Shown: positions 49,747 through 63,248 of the stretch, one piece after another | Position numbering within the stretch: the first letter of the stretch is position 1 | Layout of the letters: each line of letters begins with the position of its first letter | NCBI GenBank assembly: GCA_011109175.1 | Contig: RDEW01000018.1 | Location: 887,345-951,344, forward strand | Direction: 5' to 3' | DNA length: 64,000 nt | DNA from: Dicyema japonicum | Taxonomy: Eukaryota > Animalia > Dicyemida | Program-made: the position numbers and the translations under genes | Notes under the pieces: model-generated | Database searches by the model: none | Seen by the model: the letters and a program-made list of their open reading frames with translations, nothing else | What the model was told of the DNA's origin: nothing

Positions 49747-52700
49747 ATTTCTATTGTTCTATATTCCTATTAGCCTCTGCATCTCAATATCCTTGGTATG
49801 ATCTCCCTTTTTCCAATCCTGGATCCCCAATTAACGAAACAGTAGTACAATAATCATGCAACGAAATGTACAATCAATAAAACTTTATTCGAGTTGCATG
49901 CATCGTTGTGATTGTAGTGGTCGAAATACAAGACTTACTATTGGACAAAAAATGAAAATATTGCGTTATAATGACGGCAACAACATATTATAATGCCAAA
50001 GAATTGCCGATAAATTTTTCTTTTTCTAAAGTGAACATTTGCCGAAAACAGTTAACCTTATCTTAATATATCGCGAGTCAATTTTAAAACAATTCAAATC
50101 TAAAAACTTTTCAACAAAAACAGTCAAAAAGTAAAAGTTTCCCCAACTTGATGAAAAGCTTGTTGAGTGGATGGATTTGATGGAATCAAAAAGCTTTCTT
50201 AAAGTTTTTTTAATTTTAAAGTGCATTAGTGCTATGTAAGGCAGAATATCCATTAAGATAAAATTCTTCGCTAAGAAACGATCTCTTGACTATTTCAAAA
50301 ACTCTTATGGAGTTGTATAAAAATTTAAAATAAGAAATTAAATTCGGATTAGGAATTACATGGACAAATGTGCACACACAAAAAGCGTCGACATTGAAGG
50401 GTTTTTCAGATTTTCAAGAGGTTTCAAAATCATATACCTGCGATCAGATTTATAACTGGAAAAAATGGGATTTTTAAAAGCTTATTCCATCCAGAAGTAT
50501 CTGCAAGAATCCATTCGGAGGATAAAAGAAATTCAAAGATAGAGTATCTGTGATGTTATGCACAAATATGTTAGGAAATCATAAATTAAAGCTCACTATT
50601 CATTTGAAAATCAAAAAAGTGCAAAGTGTTTCAAAAAATATTATTATCGGTCTTCTGTTTCGTATTACAGTGCCAAAGAGCGTCTACTTAATTTTACAGA
50701 AACATATTCTAAAGTCTACTGTCATAAGTGTCTCAGAGATATCGGTTCAGTGTTCTCCACAAATCAAAAGCTCCGTTACACTGAAAGCCTAATAATTTTA
50801 ACACCAGAGACCATGGTTACACAAACTAACTTATCACGTGATTCCAGCACGCACAAGCATGGACCTCAATTTGTCACGATGCTCCTCCCTCGACCCCACA
50901 CAAGCACGTATCGGTCGATTCACCTATGGTAGTTTACATCAAATGCAGCAAGGGAGGGTTTTCTAGCAATTTAAATCAATAGTAAAAGTCTTTAATTATC
51001 ATTTAATTATCATGAAAATTAGCAGTCAATATTAAATTAATAAAAACATTCAAATCCTAAGCCACATCACCCTTTAATAATCAGGTCGATGCACTTTAGG
51101 CATACTTATGCGTTTTTACGTGTTGACTTTATTTTAGGTTCTGCTGAAATCCTATCCAAGACAAAAAAATCAAGCTCGTTTAAAACATTCGGTTGATTTT
51201 CCGGTTAGATCCTAACCATAGTAGACTCGAAAACCTCAGGAACTTTTACAACTTTCGATGCCTGTACTGGCTCATTTGTACAACGGTATTGATTTTCACA
51301 TTTTTCTTAGGAATCTTTAATTTATCCAAATTCAGACCATCAAAATTATCCACGTCATCCTCAGGTTTGCCAATTTCACTAAATGGGTAAATAATCAAAT
51401 AAATAGTTTATTCGGCTGAGTTGGTAGAATTTTGTTATCTTCAATCGGAATAGAAACTTGGGAGCAAATTTGCTCAATTCCAATGTTCAGTCTTTTACCC
51501 CATTTGTTTACTAATCCACTTGTCTAAAACGAGTCTAAATAGCAGGAATCAGCTACCCATAGGAATCGGTATTTTCGTTTGAACTTGATTAATCAGTGAA
51601 TTCAACTCAGATCAGATATAGGTTCATAACATGCAGTTACTTCCTCCTATTTGAACAAATCACGTCAAAAACAATTTCCAAACGGCTTCCAAGAAACAGC
51701 TCAATGGAAACATAATCGAAGGGAAGTAGATACTTCCTCCTCTTACTTCTAGTAACATAGAGGACAGGAAAGCGTCCATACTTGCTTATCATTTCAACCA
51801 CCAGACGGTCATAGTAAATACCTGCTTCAATAATGTGGTAATCCACTGTATGAACAGTGTGCACAAACCTAGTCACTATTTAATGTCAGAGAAATTCACG
51901 AATCACATAAAGAAGTAGAAATAAATGGCACGCAGGAGAAAAAAACTGGGAGACTACAGGAGTTGGCGTTCTTCTAAATGACCACCTGTAGGTTTTAATA
52001 GTTCTTATGAATGGGATCTGTCTCCTATGAAAATAACTTAGATTGAGAAATTAGTACAGGATTTCACGCAGTGAGAAATTTAGAGTAAGAACCAAGAAAC
52101 TCCTGATCACTAAGAAAAAATTAATAATTGAGAGATTCACTTATCAAAAAAGTCTAATCAATCATCTTGATTTATTACATTCTATAGTAACTTTTATTAT
52201 AAAAGAATTTTTCCAATTTTTTATTAAGCTTTTTAAGAAAATTTGCATTTTTCGGGAAAACCTCAAAATTAGGGAATTTTCCTTTATATCGGGGTCGGAC
52301 TTGAACATTTATGTTAAACCGTAGATGAGAAATTATTGACTCGACTATGAATGATGAGGTTACTCGAAGACATATGAAATATCAACAACCTATCGAATGT
52401 CAAGTCCATTTTACAAACAAAAAGTAGCGTGTTAAAATTATATACGTAATTCTCTACCCTATCAGTCATACTACTTTTACCCCATCCGCCATACTACTTA
52501 TTTGTTATTCCAGTGCGTCATGCTCTGTCTGTATCCATGCAATCATGGCAAAGAGCTGCTCCCTCCATTTACGTGGTGGTCTGTTCTAGTACGTCAACTC
52601 AACGTAGGTGATCTGTTCTGGATACATCACATTATAGATGTGACCAGATAATTTTACTGGCAGTTTTGCTGGACAGATTATGCCACTGCAGAGCTCCGCC

Positions 52701-52902
52701 AATTATGGCCAGCCATTCAAGAGCATCCAGGATAGCATGCTACTTGGGTATAGTTATATATTGTGCTAAAGATAGCTCTTGCCCAAAGCGAGATCGATTT
52801 TCTGGGAGTGGTACTAGTATAAACGAATAAGATGTTCGAGTAAGCGAGAACTATAAGTAGAAAGTTTTTTCTATTTTTTGAAAAATTTAAACATCAAAAA
52901 AA

Positions 52903-52978
52903 TGGTCCCCGACCGGATTCGAACCGGCAACATAGTGACTTTGAAACCACTGCTCTAAACATTGGAGCTACGAGGACC
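52903..52978 (-). tRNA. tRNA-like gene copy 7
   Basis: Identical to copy 2. Confidence 0.6.
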
Positions 52979-55015
52979 ATTTCTATTGTTCTATTTTCCT
53001 ATTAGCCTCTGCATCTCAATATCCTTGGTATGATCTCCCTTTTTCCAATCCTGGATCCCCAATTAACGAAACAGTAGTACAATAATCATGCAACGAAATG
53101 TACAATCAATAAAACTTTATTCGAGTTGCATGCATCGTTGTGATTATAGTGGTCGAAATACAAGACTCACTATCGAACAAAAAATGCAAATATTGCGTTA
53201 TAATGCCGACAACAACATATTATAATGCAAAGAATTGCTGATAAATTTTCTTTTTTAAAACTGAAAATTTGCAGAAAGACTGTTAACTTATCTTAATATG
53301 TCGCGAGTCAAATTTGAAACAATTCAAAACTAAAAACTCTTCAACAAAAACGTCAAAAATTAAAAAGTTTCCGCAACTGATGAAAAGCTTGTCAAGTGAA
53401 TGGATTTGATAGATTCAAAAGGTTTACTTAATGTTTTTAAATTTTAAAGTGCATTATTGCCATGTAAAACAGAATTCTTTGTTAAGCTCTTTCTCTAGAC
53501 TATTTCAAAAAATCATGGATCATAATCCATATTTAAGAAAATGGATTAATTTTAGATTAGGAAATTACACGGACAAATGTGTACACAATAATGTCGACAT
53601 TGAAAGGTTTTTCAAAAATTTAAAGAGGTTTCAAAATCATATACCTGCATCAGATTTATTACCTGGATAAAACTGGGCTTTTTACAAGCTTTTTCCATCA
53701 AGAAGTAGTATTCGCAAGACTCCATTTGGAGGATAAAAGAAATTCAAAGATAGAGTATCTGTGAAGTCATTCACAAATATTTGTGGAAATCATAAAATAA
53801 TGGCGTTTATTCATTGGAAAATCAAAATGTAAGATGTTTCAAAAATATGATCATCGGTATTCTGTTTCGTCTTATAATGCCAAAGATCGTCTACTTTATT
53901 TTACGACGTATTATTCTTTAGTCTAGTCTCATACCAGGCACAGAGACATCGATTCTGAGTTTCAAAAGTCAATAGCTTTGTTAGATGAAAAGGCCTAATA
54001 ATATTAACACCAGAGACTACGGTTAATCAAACTAACTATTCACGTTATATCAGCACGCACTAGCATAGATCTCATCTTGGCCCGATGCTCTTTCCTCGAC
54101 CCTAAACAACCACGTGTTGGTCGATTGACATAAGGCAGCTTATATCAGATGCAGCAAGGGATGGTATTCTATCAAATTAGAGCAAAAGTAAAAGTCTTTA
54201 ATTATCATTTAATAATCATGAAAATTAGCAGTCAATATTAAATTAATAATATTCCCAAATTTTAAGCCACATCACCCTTTAATATCAGGTCGATCACCTT
54301 TAGGCTTTTTATGCGTTTTTTACGATTTGAATTTATTTTGGGTTCTGCTGAATTCTTATCAAAGTAAAGGAAGGAAACTAGTTTAAAACATTCGGTTAAT
54401 TTTCCGTTGTAGATCTCCTACCATAGTAAGTAGGAAAACCTCAGGAACTTCCAAACATTTCGATACCTGTTCTAGCTCACTAGTTACACGGTATTGAGTT
54501 TCACTTTTTTTAGGAATCTTTAATATCTCAATATTCAGAGTGTTAAAATTATCTACGTAATTCTCTACCCTATCAGTCATACTACTATTACCCCATCCGC
54601 CATACTACTTATTTGTTATTCCAGTGCTTCCAGCTCTGTCTGTCTCCATGCATTCATGGCTAAGATCTGCTCCCTCCATTTACGTGGAGGTCTGTTCTAG
54701 TACGTCAACTCAACGTAGGTGATCTGTTTTGGATACATCACATTGGAGATGTGACCAGATGATTTTACTGGCTAGTTTTGCCGGACTGACTATGCCACTG
54801 CCTAGCTTCGCCAAGTATAGCCAGCTATTCAAGAGCATCCAGGATAGCATGCTACTTGGGTATAGTTATATATTGTGCTAAAGATAGCTCTTGCCCAAAT
54901 CGAGATCGATTTAATGGGAGTGGTACCAGTATAAACGAATAAGATGTTCGAGTAAGCGAAGACTATAAGTAGAAAGTTTTTTCTATTTTTTGAAAAAATT
55001 TAAACATCAAAAAAA

Positions 55016-55091
55016 TGGTCCCCGACCGGATTCGAACCGGCAACATAGTGACTTTGAAACCACTGCTCTAAACATTGGAGCTACGAGGACC
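55016..55091 (-). tRNA. tRNA-like gene copy 8
   Basis: Identical to copy 2. Confidence 0.6.
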
Positions 55092-55749
55092 ATTTCTATT
55101 GTTCTATATTCCTATTAGCCTCTGCATCTCAATATCCTTGGTATGATCTCCCTTTTTCCAATCCTGGATCCCCAATTAACGAAACAGTAGTACAATAATC
55201 ATGCAACGAAATGTACAATCAATAAAACTTTATTCGAGTTGCATGCATCGTTGTGATTGTAGTGGTCGAAATACAAGACTCACTATCGAAAAAAAATGCA
55301 AATATTGCGTTATAATGACGACAACAACATATTATAATGCCAAAGAATTGCTGATAAATTTTCATTTTTCTAAAGTGAACATTTGCCGAAAACAGTTAAC
55401 CTTATCTTAATATATCGCGAGTCAATTTTAAAACAATTCAAATCTAAAAACTTTTCAACAAAAACAGTCAAAAAGTAAAAGTTTCCCCAACTTGATAAAA
55501 AGCTTGTTGAGTGGATGGATTTGATGGAATCAAAAAGCTTTCTTAAAGTTTTTTTAATTTTAAAGTGCATTAGTGCTATGTAAGGCAGAATATCCATTAA
55601 GATAAAATTCTTCGCTAAGAAACGATCTCTTGACTATTTCAAAAACTCTTATGGAGTTGTATAAAAATTTAAAATAAGAAATTAAACGGGCAACATAATA
55701 GTACGTCATACCACTGCTAACAAATAAAAAAACGAATATTAGCAAAAAA

Positions 55750-56110
55750 TTTTTTTCAGAATCCGTGAATCATATTAATATATGAAAGATCGTGAGAATA
55801 AAAATATAGATCACAGTCACAACAAAACTTATAAACCACACAGATATACAAACCTGTGTAGGCACTCGACAAAGTAAGAAATATCAAATAATTAGAAGCC
55901 TTCTTCACATGCATCCACATAGACAAAAATGAGTTTTTGTGAGACAAAAAAATTTACATGTTGATCAAAGCCTATTCCTTTGCCTCCTGACAAATTCGCA
56001 CAGTTCCAAATCGATTCACGGTAAAAATCCCACTGCTTCTAGAAAGCCGTTGACCTCATTAGCCACCAATTTAGTCATTATTGCCACAACGCTCTCGGAT
56101 ATGCCAGGAA
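55750..56110 (-). mobile_element. R4/Dong-like RT fragment (domains 2-3), degenerate
   Basis: IMTKLVANEVNGFLEA and SMWMHVKKASNYL (cf. WIDVKKAFD). Confidence 0.5.
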
Positions 56111-56569
56111 TAGTAATATTAGATCTGGTAACGTAAGTGAACCTTCTATTTATCCATTCACATAAATAACAAAATTTAAAATATTTTATAAATAATAATT
56201 AGGAAATAATTATTATAAAAAAATTACTTGGAGCCTTTAAATTTAGATTTTTAAACGTCGACAAAAAAGTTTTAAACAATTCTTTGAAAAACACTTTAAA
56301 GTATATTTTAAATTTTATAATACTCCATAATGCATATTTGGATGATCTTGGAATGCTGATTATAATTTACTCAATTGAAATAATTTTATTTTACTTTTGA
56401 ATCAAATTCTATATTATTTTAATCTGATTTGTGTATTGAGGTTAATCAACGTGATATTTACATTGTGATTTTTTAAGATTTAAGTTAAGGTATATAAGAA
56501 ATTATACACTTTAAGACTGACTCAAAAAACATTAGTCTATTTTATATATTATAATATATATAGTTTTTG

Positions 56570-56845
56570 CCAGAAGGAAAATGGATGTTCTTGAAGTGCT
56601 ACCAGCATTTACAAATAAGATGCTCGAGAAAGCGAAGACTATAAATAGAAAGTTTTTTTTTATTTCTTTAAAAAACTTTATACATTAAAAATACAATTAA
56701 TAGTCCTCAATCTGATTTGAACCGGACAATTATAGCGTTAACCACTGCTCTAATCATTGTAGGTAGGAGGACCATTTCTTTTGTTCAATAAGTCTTTGAT
56801 TATCATTTAATATCACAAAATAGCAGTTAATAAATTAATAATAAT
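56570..56845 (-). pseudogene. degenerate copy of the tRNA-like gene plus R4-like 5' head
   Basis: 56701-56775 retains ttagagcagtggt and ggttcaaatc; flanked by the same R4-head and AT-island sequences as the array. Confidence 0.6.
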
Positions 56846-56929
56846 CACATATCTTAAGTGAAAATTTTAGAGAGAAAAAATGACGTACCTCTTAGTGGAT
56901 TTATTCGAAACAATTAGCTTGTTGCAGTT

Positions 56930-58096
56930 GAATCCTCGATGCTGGAAGCCAATAAGGAGAGATTATATTTACCCCGTGATAAATTTGGCCTTTGACTGTG
57001 TGGATTAGTCAAACTAAGTGAGCATATCCTTATGCGATTTTACTACACCCTGATAGCTGGGAGAAGTGTTTCTGCTAGGAAGCACGCCATAATAACGACG
57101 AGAAAACACGGGCAACCCACCTAGCCAATATCAGATTTTTTTTATGCTAATTATGGTGTTGATGGTGGTGGGCTAGTAAATTTGAAGGCGTTGGTCGAAT
57201 TACAATATAATAGTTTGATGGAAAAAATCAATTTAAAAAGCCTTCATAAGGTCATCTTCATACCATCGGACAACCCACATGATGACTTTAAGTCGTCGAC
57301 AACATGGTTAAAATACGTGACAGCTCACCTAGATCGGAGGTGTTGTACACGTATGTGCAATACATGCCCCCATGGTAAATTAAGGAGCATGTCGGTTGAT
57401 CATTTAGCCACTTGGTGTATTCTCTGCACGTCTATGTGTGGAGGAATAACTTGGTAGTAATGAGTCATCATCTTTTACTATGCATTAGGTATGGTATTCG
57501 CCATACCAGACAGTTGCGGACTCATAAGATGGAATCTGTAGCAGAGAACAGCAGGGTCCAAATTAAAGTGGCAGTATTATCGAACCTATAATATAAAATA
57601 AACCAGATCATCGAGCATTCTTTACTTCTCTTTAGCATAGGGTTAGGTGGAGGCTTAACTTGTATCATAGTAGATAAGGAGTCTGGCCAAGTCCTTATCA
57701 TAGAGGTAGGCATCACGTCTCAAGACCGTTTGCAGACTGTGGAGGTGGAGAAAAAAATAAGTATGACTTTCTTGTAAACGAGATCGGGCAGATGTTTGGT
57801 TGCAAAGGTCCTCGTTATTCCTATAGTAATGACATGGGAAGGAATGCAACAAAGTACCACAAGGGTTATCTGAAGCAGTTGGAGGTAGATAGGAAGCTCC
57901 AGGAGTATCCACAGTCTACTGTGGTAAAGGGACCCTAGAGAGCCTGACACTGGAGTATAAGAGGCAGAGCCCTGAGATGCCATATGGGCAGATGGTTCAA
58001 TTGGACAAGGCGCTCTCGGAGTTGTTTCAGTAACCAGAATCGAACCTGCCTGAAGAGGCTGGGGAACAGGCAGTCGAGGAAGGTTGTTGATTATTA
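56930..58096 (+). mobile_element. 3' half of R4/Dong-like RLE retrotransposon
   Basis: ERLYLPRDKFG, VDHLAT (CCHC region), LIIEVGITSQDRLQTVEVEKK; same 3' tail as 17600-17690. Confidence 0.8.
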
Positions 58097-61000
58097 TTTA
58101 TTTAAGCACTTCACGAGAGCCTTATTAATTATAGCCCCGCATGTGCAGCAAAAGAAACAAGGTTAGATGTCATCCTTTTCCATGCTCTCCTGTTCATAGC
58201 CAAGGCTCTCATGCTGTCCAGGTCGTCGGCATTTTTAGATTTTTTTGATCTTGACCAGGTCTTTTTGTAAGACTATTGGCAGTGTTGTTCTTGGTCTTCC
58301 ACGATAGCGGCCTTCTTGACTAACATAGTATGTTTCCATAGATATGTTCGGTGGGGATGTTAATTCCATCCTCAGCACGTGTACGAAGAGCCTCCATCGG
58401 GATTCCAGTACTTCTAAGCTGATAGGTATAGTGCTGCATCTCTTATATAAAGCGTTCCTCGATATTCTCGTAGGCCAAGTAGTTCCTGTTATTTTTCTCA
58501 GCTGACCTCTGTGGAACGAGTCTAGTTTTTCCATATCCGCTGATGAGGTCGCCCAAGTTCCAGCGTTATATAAAAGTACGGGTTTTATGAATGAGTCGTA
58601 TAATAGGATTCTCATTTTCGTGTCGATGCCTTTTTGATTGAGCCATAAATTCTTCAGTTTATATAACGCAGCATTGGCTAGAGTTTTCCTACGTAAAATA
58701 TCTTCGCTATCTCCCAAAAGTGAACCGAGTTTCTTTACTTGTCGCCACTTCTCTTCTAGGACGTTACTCATCCTTCTTATCTCTGTGAGTTCTGTTTTCT
58801 CTGTTCACAGTAAGAAACCATTTCCCTAGTACATCTGGTGCTTTTTCTAATAGGTTTTCCAGGACCTCTTTGTCTTCAGAAATTAGGTCTACATCGTCCG
58901 CGTAGATTACTTCTTCCGTCTTTCCTTGGTATGACGGTCTAAGTTCCCTCATAGCGGCTTCCAAATAAATTGTGAATAGTAGAGGAGAAAGAGAGTCTCC
59001 TTGTGGAGTGCCCGTATTTGTTTCAAATTTTCTTGAATAGGTTTTTCCGACTCTCACAAGGAGCTCAGTGTTAGAAAGTAGAATTCGGATCATCCTTAGA
59101 CTCGATTCATCAAGAAATCCGCTCAGTACCCCCATTAATTTGTTCCTGTTAACCGTATCAAAAGCTCTTGATAGGTCAATTCCCAGAATATTGGTGGCGT
59201 TACGGTATCTTTGATATGTTGCACACCTCCATCTGTGACTCCAGACCGCATCAGCTGTGGATCTCCCTTCTCGAAAACCACTTTGACTATCTGGTAGGTA
59301 TTTGTAAGCAGATCCTTTTATTCGTTCAAGCACAATGTTTGCCAAGACTTTGCGTAATGAATTTAGTAGTATGATGGGTCGCAAATTTTCGAGCGGTCCT
59401 CTGTTTTTGTTGTTTTTTGTATGGGGATTAGTAGTCCCGTACCCAGAGGTAGAGTTGAGTTAGTTGAAAACATTTCATTTAGTAGTGTAGCGATTTTTTC
59501 AAAAAGGAGGTCAGGGCCGTATTTCAGTAGTTCTGGGTTTATCGCATCTGGTCCGGGGCTTCTGTTATTCTTGAGTTTTCGGCAGGCCGTTTTGATTTCC
59601 TCGGCCGTGATTGGTATCTTAAGGGGTCTTGGCCTTCCATCAAATGGGTGGATTTCTATGGTTTTGATGTTGAAAAGCTTCTCAAAGTGAGCCGCGATGG
59701 CTTCAGTTTGTTCTTTGGTGTTCAGTATCAGCTTACCGTTCTCGTCTTTTATGGTTAGTCGACTTCGGTTTGTTCGCCGCAGCAAACGGGCAGCGACGTA
59801 CACCTGTGCGTTGTCTTTCACTTTGTTTACTTCTTCTATACAGGAGCTATTTCTTCTATGAAAAGCTTCTTGTTCAGACCCTTTATTTTTCTTCTGACAC
59901 GTTGTCTTTCGCCTTGAAGGGCTTTTATCGCATTAGTGTCAGTGGCATTTGATTTTCTCATATTTATTTCTTTTAGACTTTTCGCAAGCTCAGGAACATC
60001 TGGATGAATAGCCTTCAGGTGCATTTTACTATTCTCCCTTTTGCCAAGACATGCTTCAGCAGCTTCGTTGATGGTGTCCTTTGTGCGTTTCCAGGCGTCT
60101 TCTAGCGTGGTATCCACCAATACGTCCTGCAAATTAGTCTGAATGTATTGTTGATATCTCTCAGTAGTCTCCGGTTGAGAAATCAGCCTTTCAGTCGCGT
60201 AGTCGCCTCTGATTTTCTCAAATTCGTGATTTTTTGCATTCTGTATTTAATGGCATGTTTTTTCAGGGTGAAGGTCGCAATAACCATCTTGTGGTCGCTG
60301 ACAGTCGTCGAGCCTTCATATGAACGTGCGTTTACTAGAAGGTGTTTGTCTTTAGCCCGGCATATGACATAATCGATTTGGTTGTATATTGGGACCAGCT
60401 TTCCTTCTGAGTTCCTTCGCTTCCCCATCCACGTAGTTTTGTGGCAGGCAGGATGCGTAAATGCAGTATTGCATAGGAAAAGGTTGTTTGCCATACAAAA
60501 GTGACCAAGTATTGTCCCGGGTAAATTTCTTATTCCACGTCCATGTTCTCCCAAGAAAACATCATCCGGGTTATTCTTCATCCCGACTTTTGCATTCAAA
60601 TCCCAGCAATGAGTATTAGTGATGACGACTCATATTCGTTGTACGTCCGTAACAGTGCTGAATAGAAGTCGTCTAGTTCTGTCGGATCTTTCGCTACTCT
60701 CCCGCAGTGTGGCGCATAAACATTTACAATTGTCAGAAAGCTCTTCGAAGGTGGTAAGTCGTTTAGCCGGATTTGTATAACACAGATCCTGTCATTCACA
60801 CTCCATATACGGTGGACTGCACTTGTCAACTTTGAGTGGATGGCAAATCCAAGTCCATAATGTTTTGAGTCGCTTGGCTGACATATAATTCGATATTCGC
60901 CAAAGTTTTCATCAAGGCTACAAGTAACTTTCGTCTCTTGTAGGCACCCAATAGATACGTCGTATCTCTCCAGGTCATCACAGAGAATCTTCCTCGACCA

Positions 61001-61196
61001 TGTCGTAGATAAGCCTCTAGCATTGAACGTAAGGACTTTTAGACGAGATGCATCGCTTTTGTATCCATTGCCTTTTAGACATTTTTCTCAATTGCGATCC
61101 AATCAAGAAACGAAGCACGTCACCACCTCACCAAAAAAATCGAACCTGCCTGAAGAGGCTGGGGAACAGGCAGTCGAGGAAAGTTGTTGATTATTA
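58038..61196 (+). repeat. 59-bp target-site duplication (58038-58096 and 61138-61196)
   Basis: aatcgaacctgcctgaagaggctggggaacaggcagtcgaggaa(g/a)gttgttgattatta flanks the RTE element with one mismatch. Confidence 0.9.
58097..61137 (-). mobile_element. near full-length RTE-clade LINE (single APE-RT ORF)
   Basis: LKVLTFNARG, CLQET, GDLNAKVG, QIDY, SDH (APE); QSGFREGRST, IDLSRAFDTV, QGDSLSP, YADD (RT); RWRLFVHVLR; (TAAA) tail; breaks checked are single-base indels. Confidence 0.92.
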
Positions 61197-61239
61197 AATA
61201 TATTAACTTTTTTATTGTTTGTTAAATAAAGTGGGATCT

Positions 61240-62900
61240 ATATTTTTGGTTCTGCTGAAATCTTATCCAAGTCAAGGAAGGCAAACTCGTTTTAAAACAC
61301 TGTGTTGATTTTACGTAGTAGATCCCCTACCATAGTCAGCAGGAAAACCTCAGGAATTTCCACACCCTTCGATACCTGTACTGACTCACTTGGCACGATT
61401 GAGTTTCAGTTTTTCCTTAGGAATCTTAATTTCTCAACATTCAGATTATAAAATTATCCACATAATCCTCTACCCTATCTGCCATATTACTTTTACCCCA
61501 TCTGCCATAATAGTTATTTGTTCCTTCAGTGATTCCAGCTCCGTCTGTTTCCAATCAATCTTGGCAAAGATCTGCTCTTTCCATTTATGTGGTGGTCTGT
61601 GCTACTACGTTAACTCAACATAGGTGATCTGTTCTGAATACATCACATGGGAGATGTGACCCAGTGACCTTACTTGCTTGTATAGCAGGACTGAATCTGC
61701 CACTGCAGAGCTCCGCCAAGTATAGGCCAGCCATTCAAGAGCATCCAGGATAGAATGCTACTTTGGTATAGTTATATATTATACTAAAGATAGCTTTTGT
61801 TCAAAGCGAGATCGATGTTCTGGAAGTGGTACAAGTATAAACGAATAGATGTTCAAGAATACAAAAACTATAAGTAGAAAGTTTTTTCTATTTCTTTGAA
61901 AAATTTAAACATTAAAAAAATGGCCCTCGACCGGATTCGAACCGGCAACATAATAGTACCTCATACCACTGCTCTAAACATTGGAGCTACGAGGACCATT
62001 TATATAATTCTATATTCCTATTAGCTTCTGCATATCAATATCCTTTGTATGATCTCCCTTTTTCCAATCCTGGATCCTCAATTAACGAAACAGTAGTACA
62101 ATAATCATGCCACGAAATGTACATTCAATAAAACTTTATTCGAGTTGCATGCCTCGTTGTGATTGTAGTGGTCGATATACAAGACTCACTATCGAACAAA
62201 AAATTCAAATATTCCGTTATAAGGAAGATAACAACATATTATAATGCCAAAGAATTGCCATAAATTTTCCTTTTTTTAAACATAAAATTTGCAGAAAGAC
62301 AGTTAACTTATCTTACTGTTTCGCGAGTCAATTTTGAAACAATTCAAAACTAAAAACTCTTTTAACAAAAACAGTCAAAAAGTTAAAGTTTCTGCACCAT
62401 GATGAAAAGCTTGTTGAGTGAATGGATTTGATAGATTCAAAAGGTATTCTTAATGTTTTTAAATTTTAAAGTGTATTGTTGTACGATGTAAGGCAGAATC
62501 TCCAGTAAAAACAGAATTCTTCGCTAAGAAATTTTTCTCGACTATTCAAAAACTCTTGAGGATTTTTATCCAAATTTATGAAAAGGGATTAACATCGGAT
62601 GAGGAAATTACATGGAGAAATGTGCACACACAAAAAGTGTCGACATTGAAGGGTTTTTCAAAGAATTTCAAGAGGTTTTAAAATCATATACCTGGTGTCA
62701 GATTTATAACCTGGATTAAACTGAGAATTTTACAAGTTTATTCTATCCAGAATATCTCCCAACTCCATTCAAAAGATAATAAAATTCAAAGATAGAGTAT
62801 CTGTGATGTTATTCTCAAATATGTTTGGAAATCATAAATTAAAGCCCTTTATTAATTGGAAAATCAAAAATGCCTAGTGTTTCAAATAATATTATAATCG
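61240..62900. repeat. diverged solo copy of the array subunit (R4-like head, tRNA-like gene, Tigger 5' half from 62107)
   Basis: Collinear with 38310-39960 and clearly more diverged than copies inside the array. Confidence 0.85.
61921..61997 (-). tRNA. tRNA-like gene, variant copy 9 (7-nt loop ATGAGGT)
   Basis: Acceptor GGTCCTCG/CGAGGGCC (two changes, both still pairing); anticodon stem GTGGT/ACTAT; same D and T arms. Confidence 0.55.
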
Positions 62901-63248
62901 GTAGTCTGCTTCTGGAAACTAGGGGACCTAGCGATCCTCTAAAATGACCACTGTAGATTTGAACATTGACATTACCAATCTCCAAAAGTTTTATGTTAAA
63001 AATACGAAAGGTAAGCTCTTTGGAAAAGGGGGAGCCCATTAAAATTAGGTGTTCCTCATCAGCAATTTTTATTCGAACAAAAGTGTTTTAAGAGAACCGT
63101 CCTTTGTGTGTATGATATTCAAATTAATCGGATTTTAAAAGCAATATAGTTAAAATTTTAATCTATATTTTAAACCAACTCAAAATATTAAGAAAAATCA
63201 AACTACTATTATTTCAAACGGGCAACGAGTAAATTAACATTACCCAAT

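Larger units (their letters stand above)
36640..55686. repeat. higher-order tandem array, period about 5.34 kb (A 2.11 kb plus B 3.24 kb), about 3.5 periods
   Basis: tRNA-like copies start at 36867, 38986, 42219, 44323, 47563, 49671, 52903, 55016 (spacings 2119, 3233, 2104, 3240, 2108, 3232, 2113). Confidence 0.95.

Noticed and set aside
37396-54580. Repeated short ORFs in the array (MFLNFKV..., MENQKSAK..., MTDRVENY...) as genes
   Set aside because: They are off-frame or broken pieces of the Tigger, LINE and R4-like remnants.
36640-55686. CRISPR-like or rDNA array
   Set aside because: Units are kilobase-scale with no repeat-spacer structure and no rRNA-like sequence.
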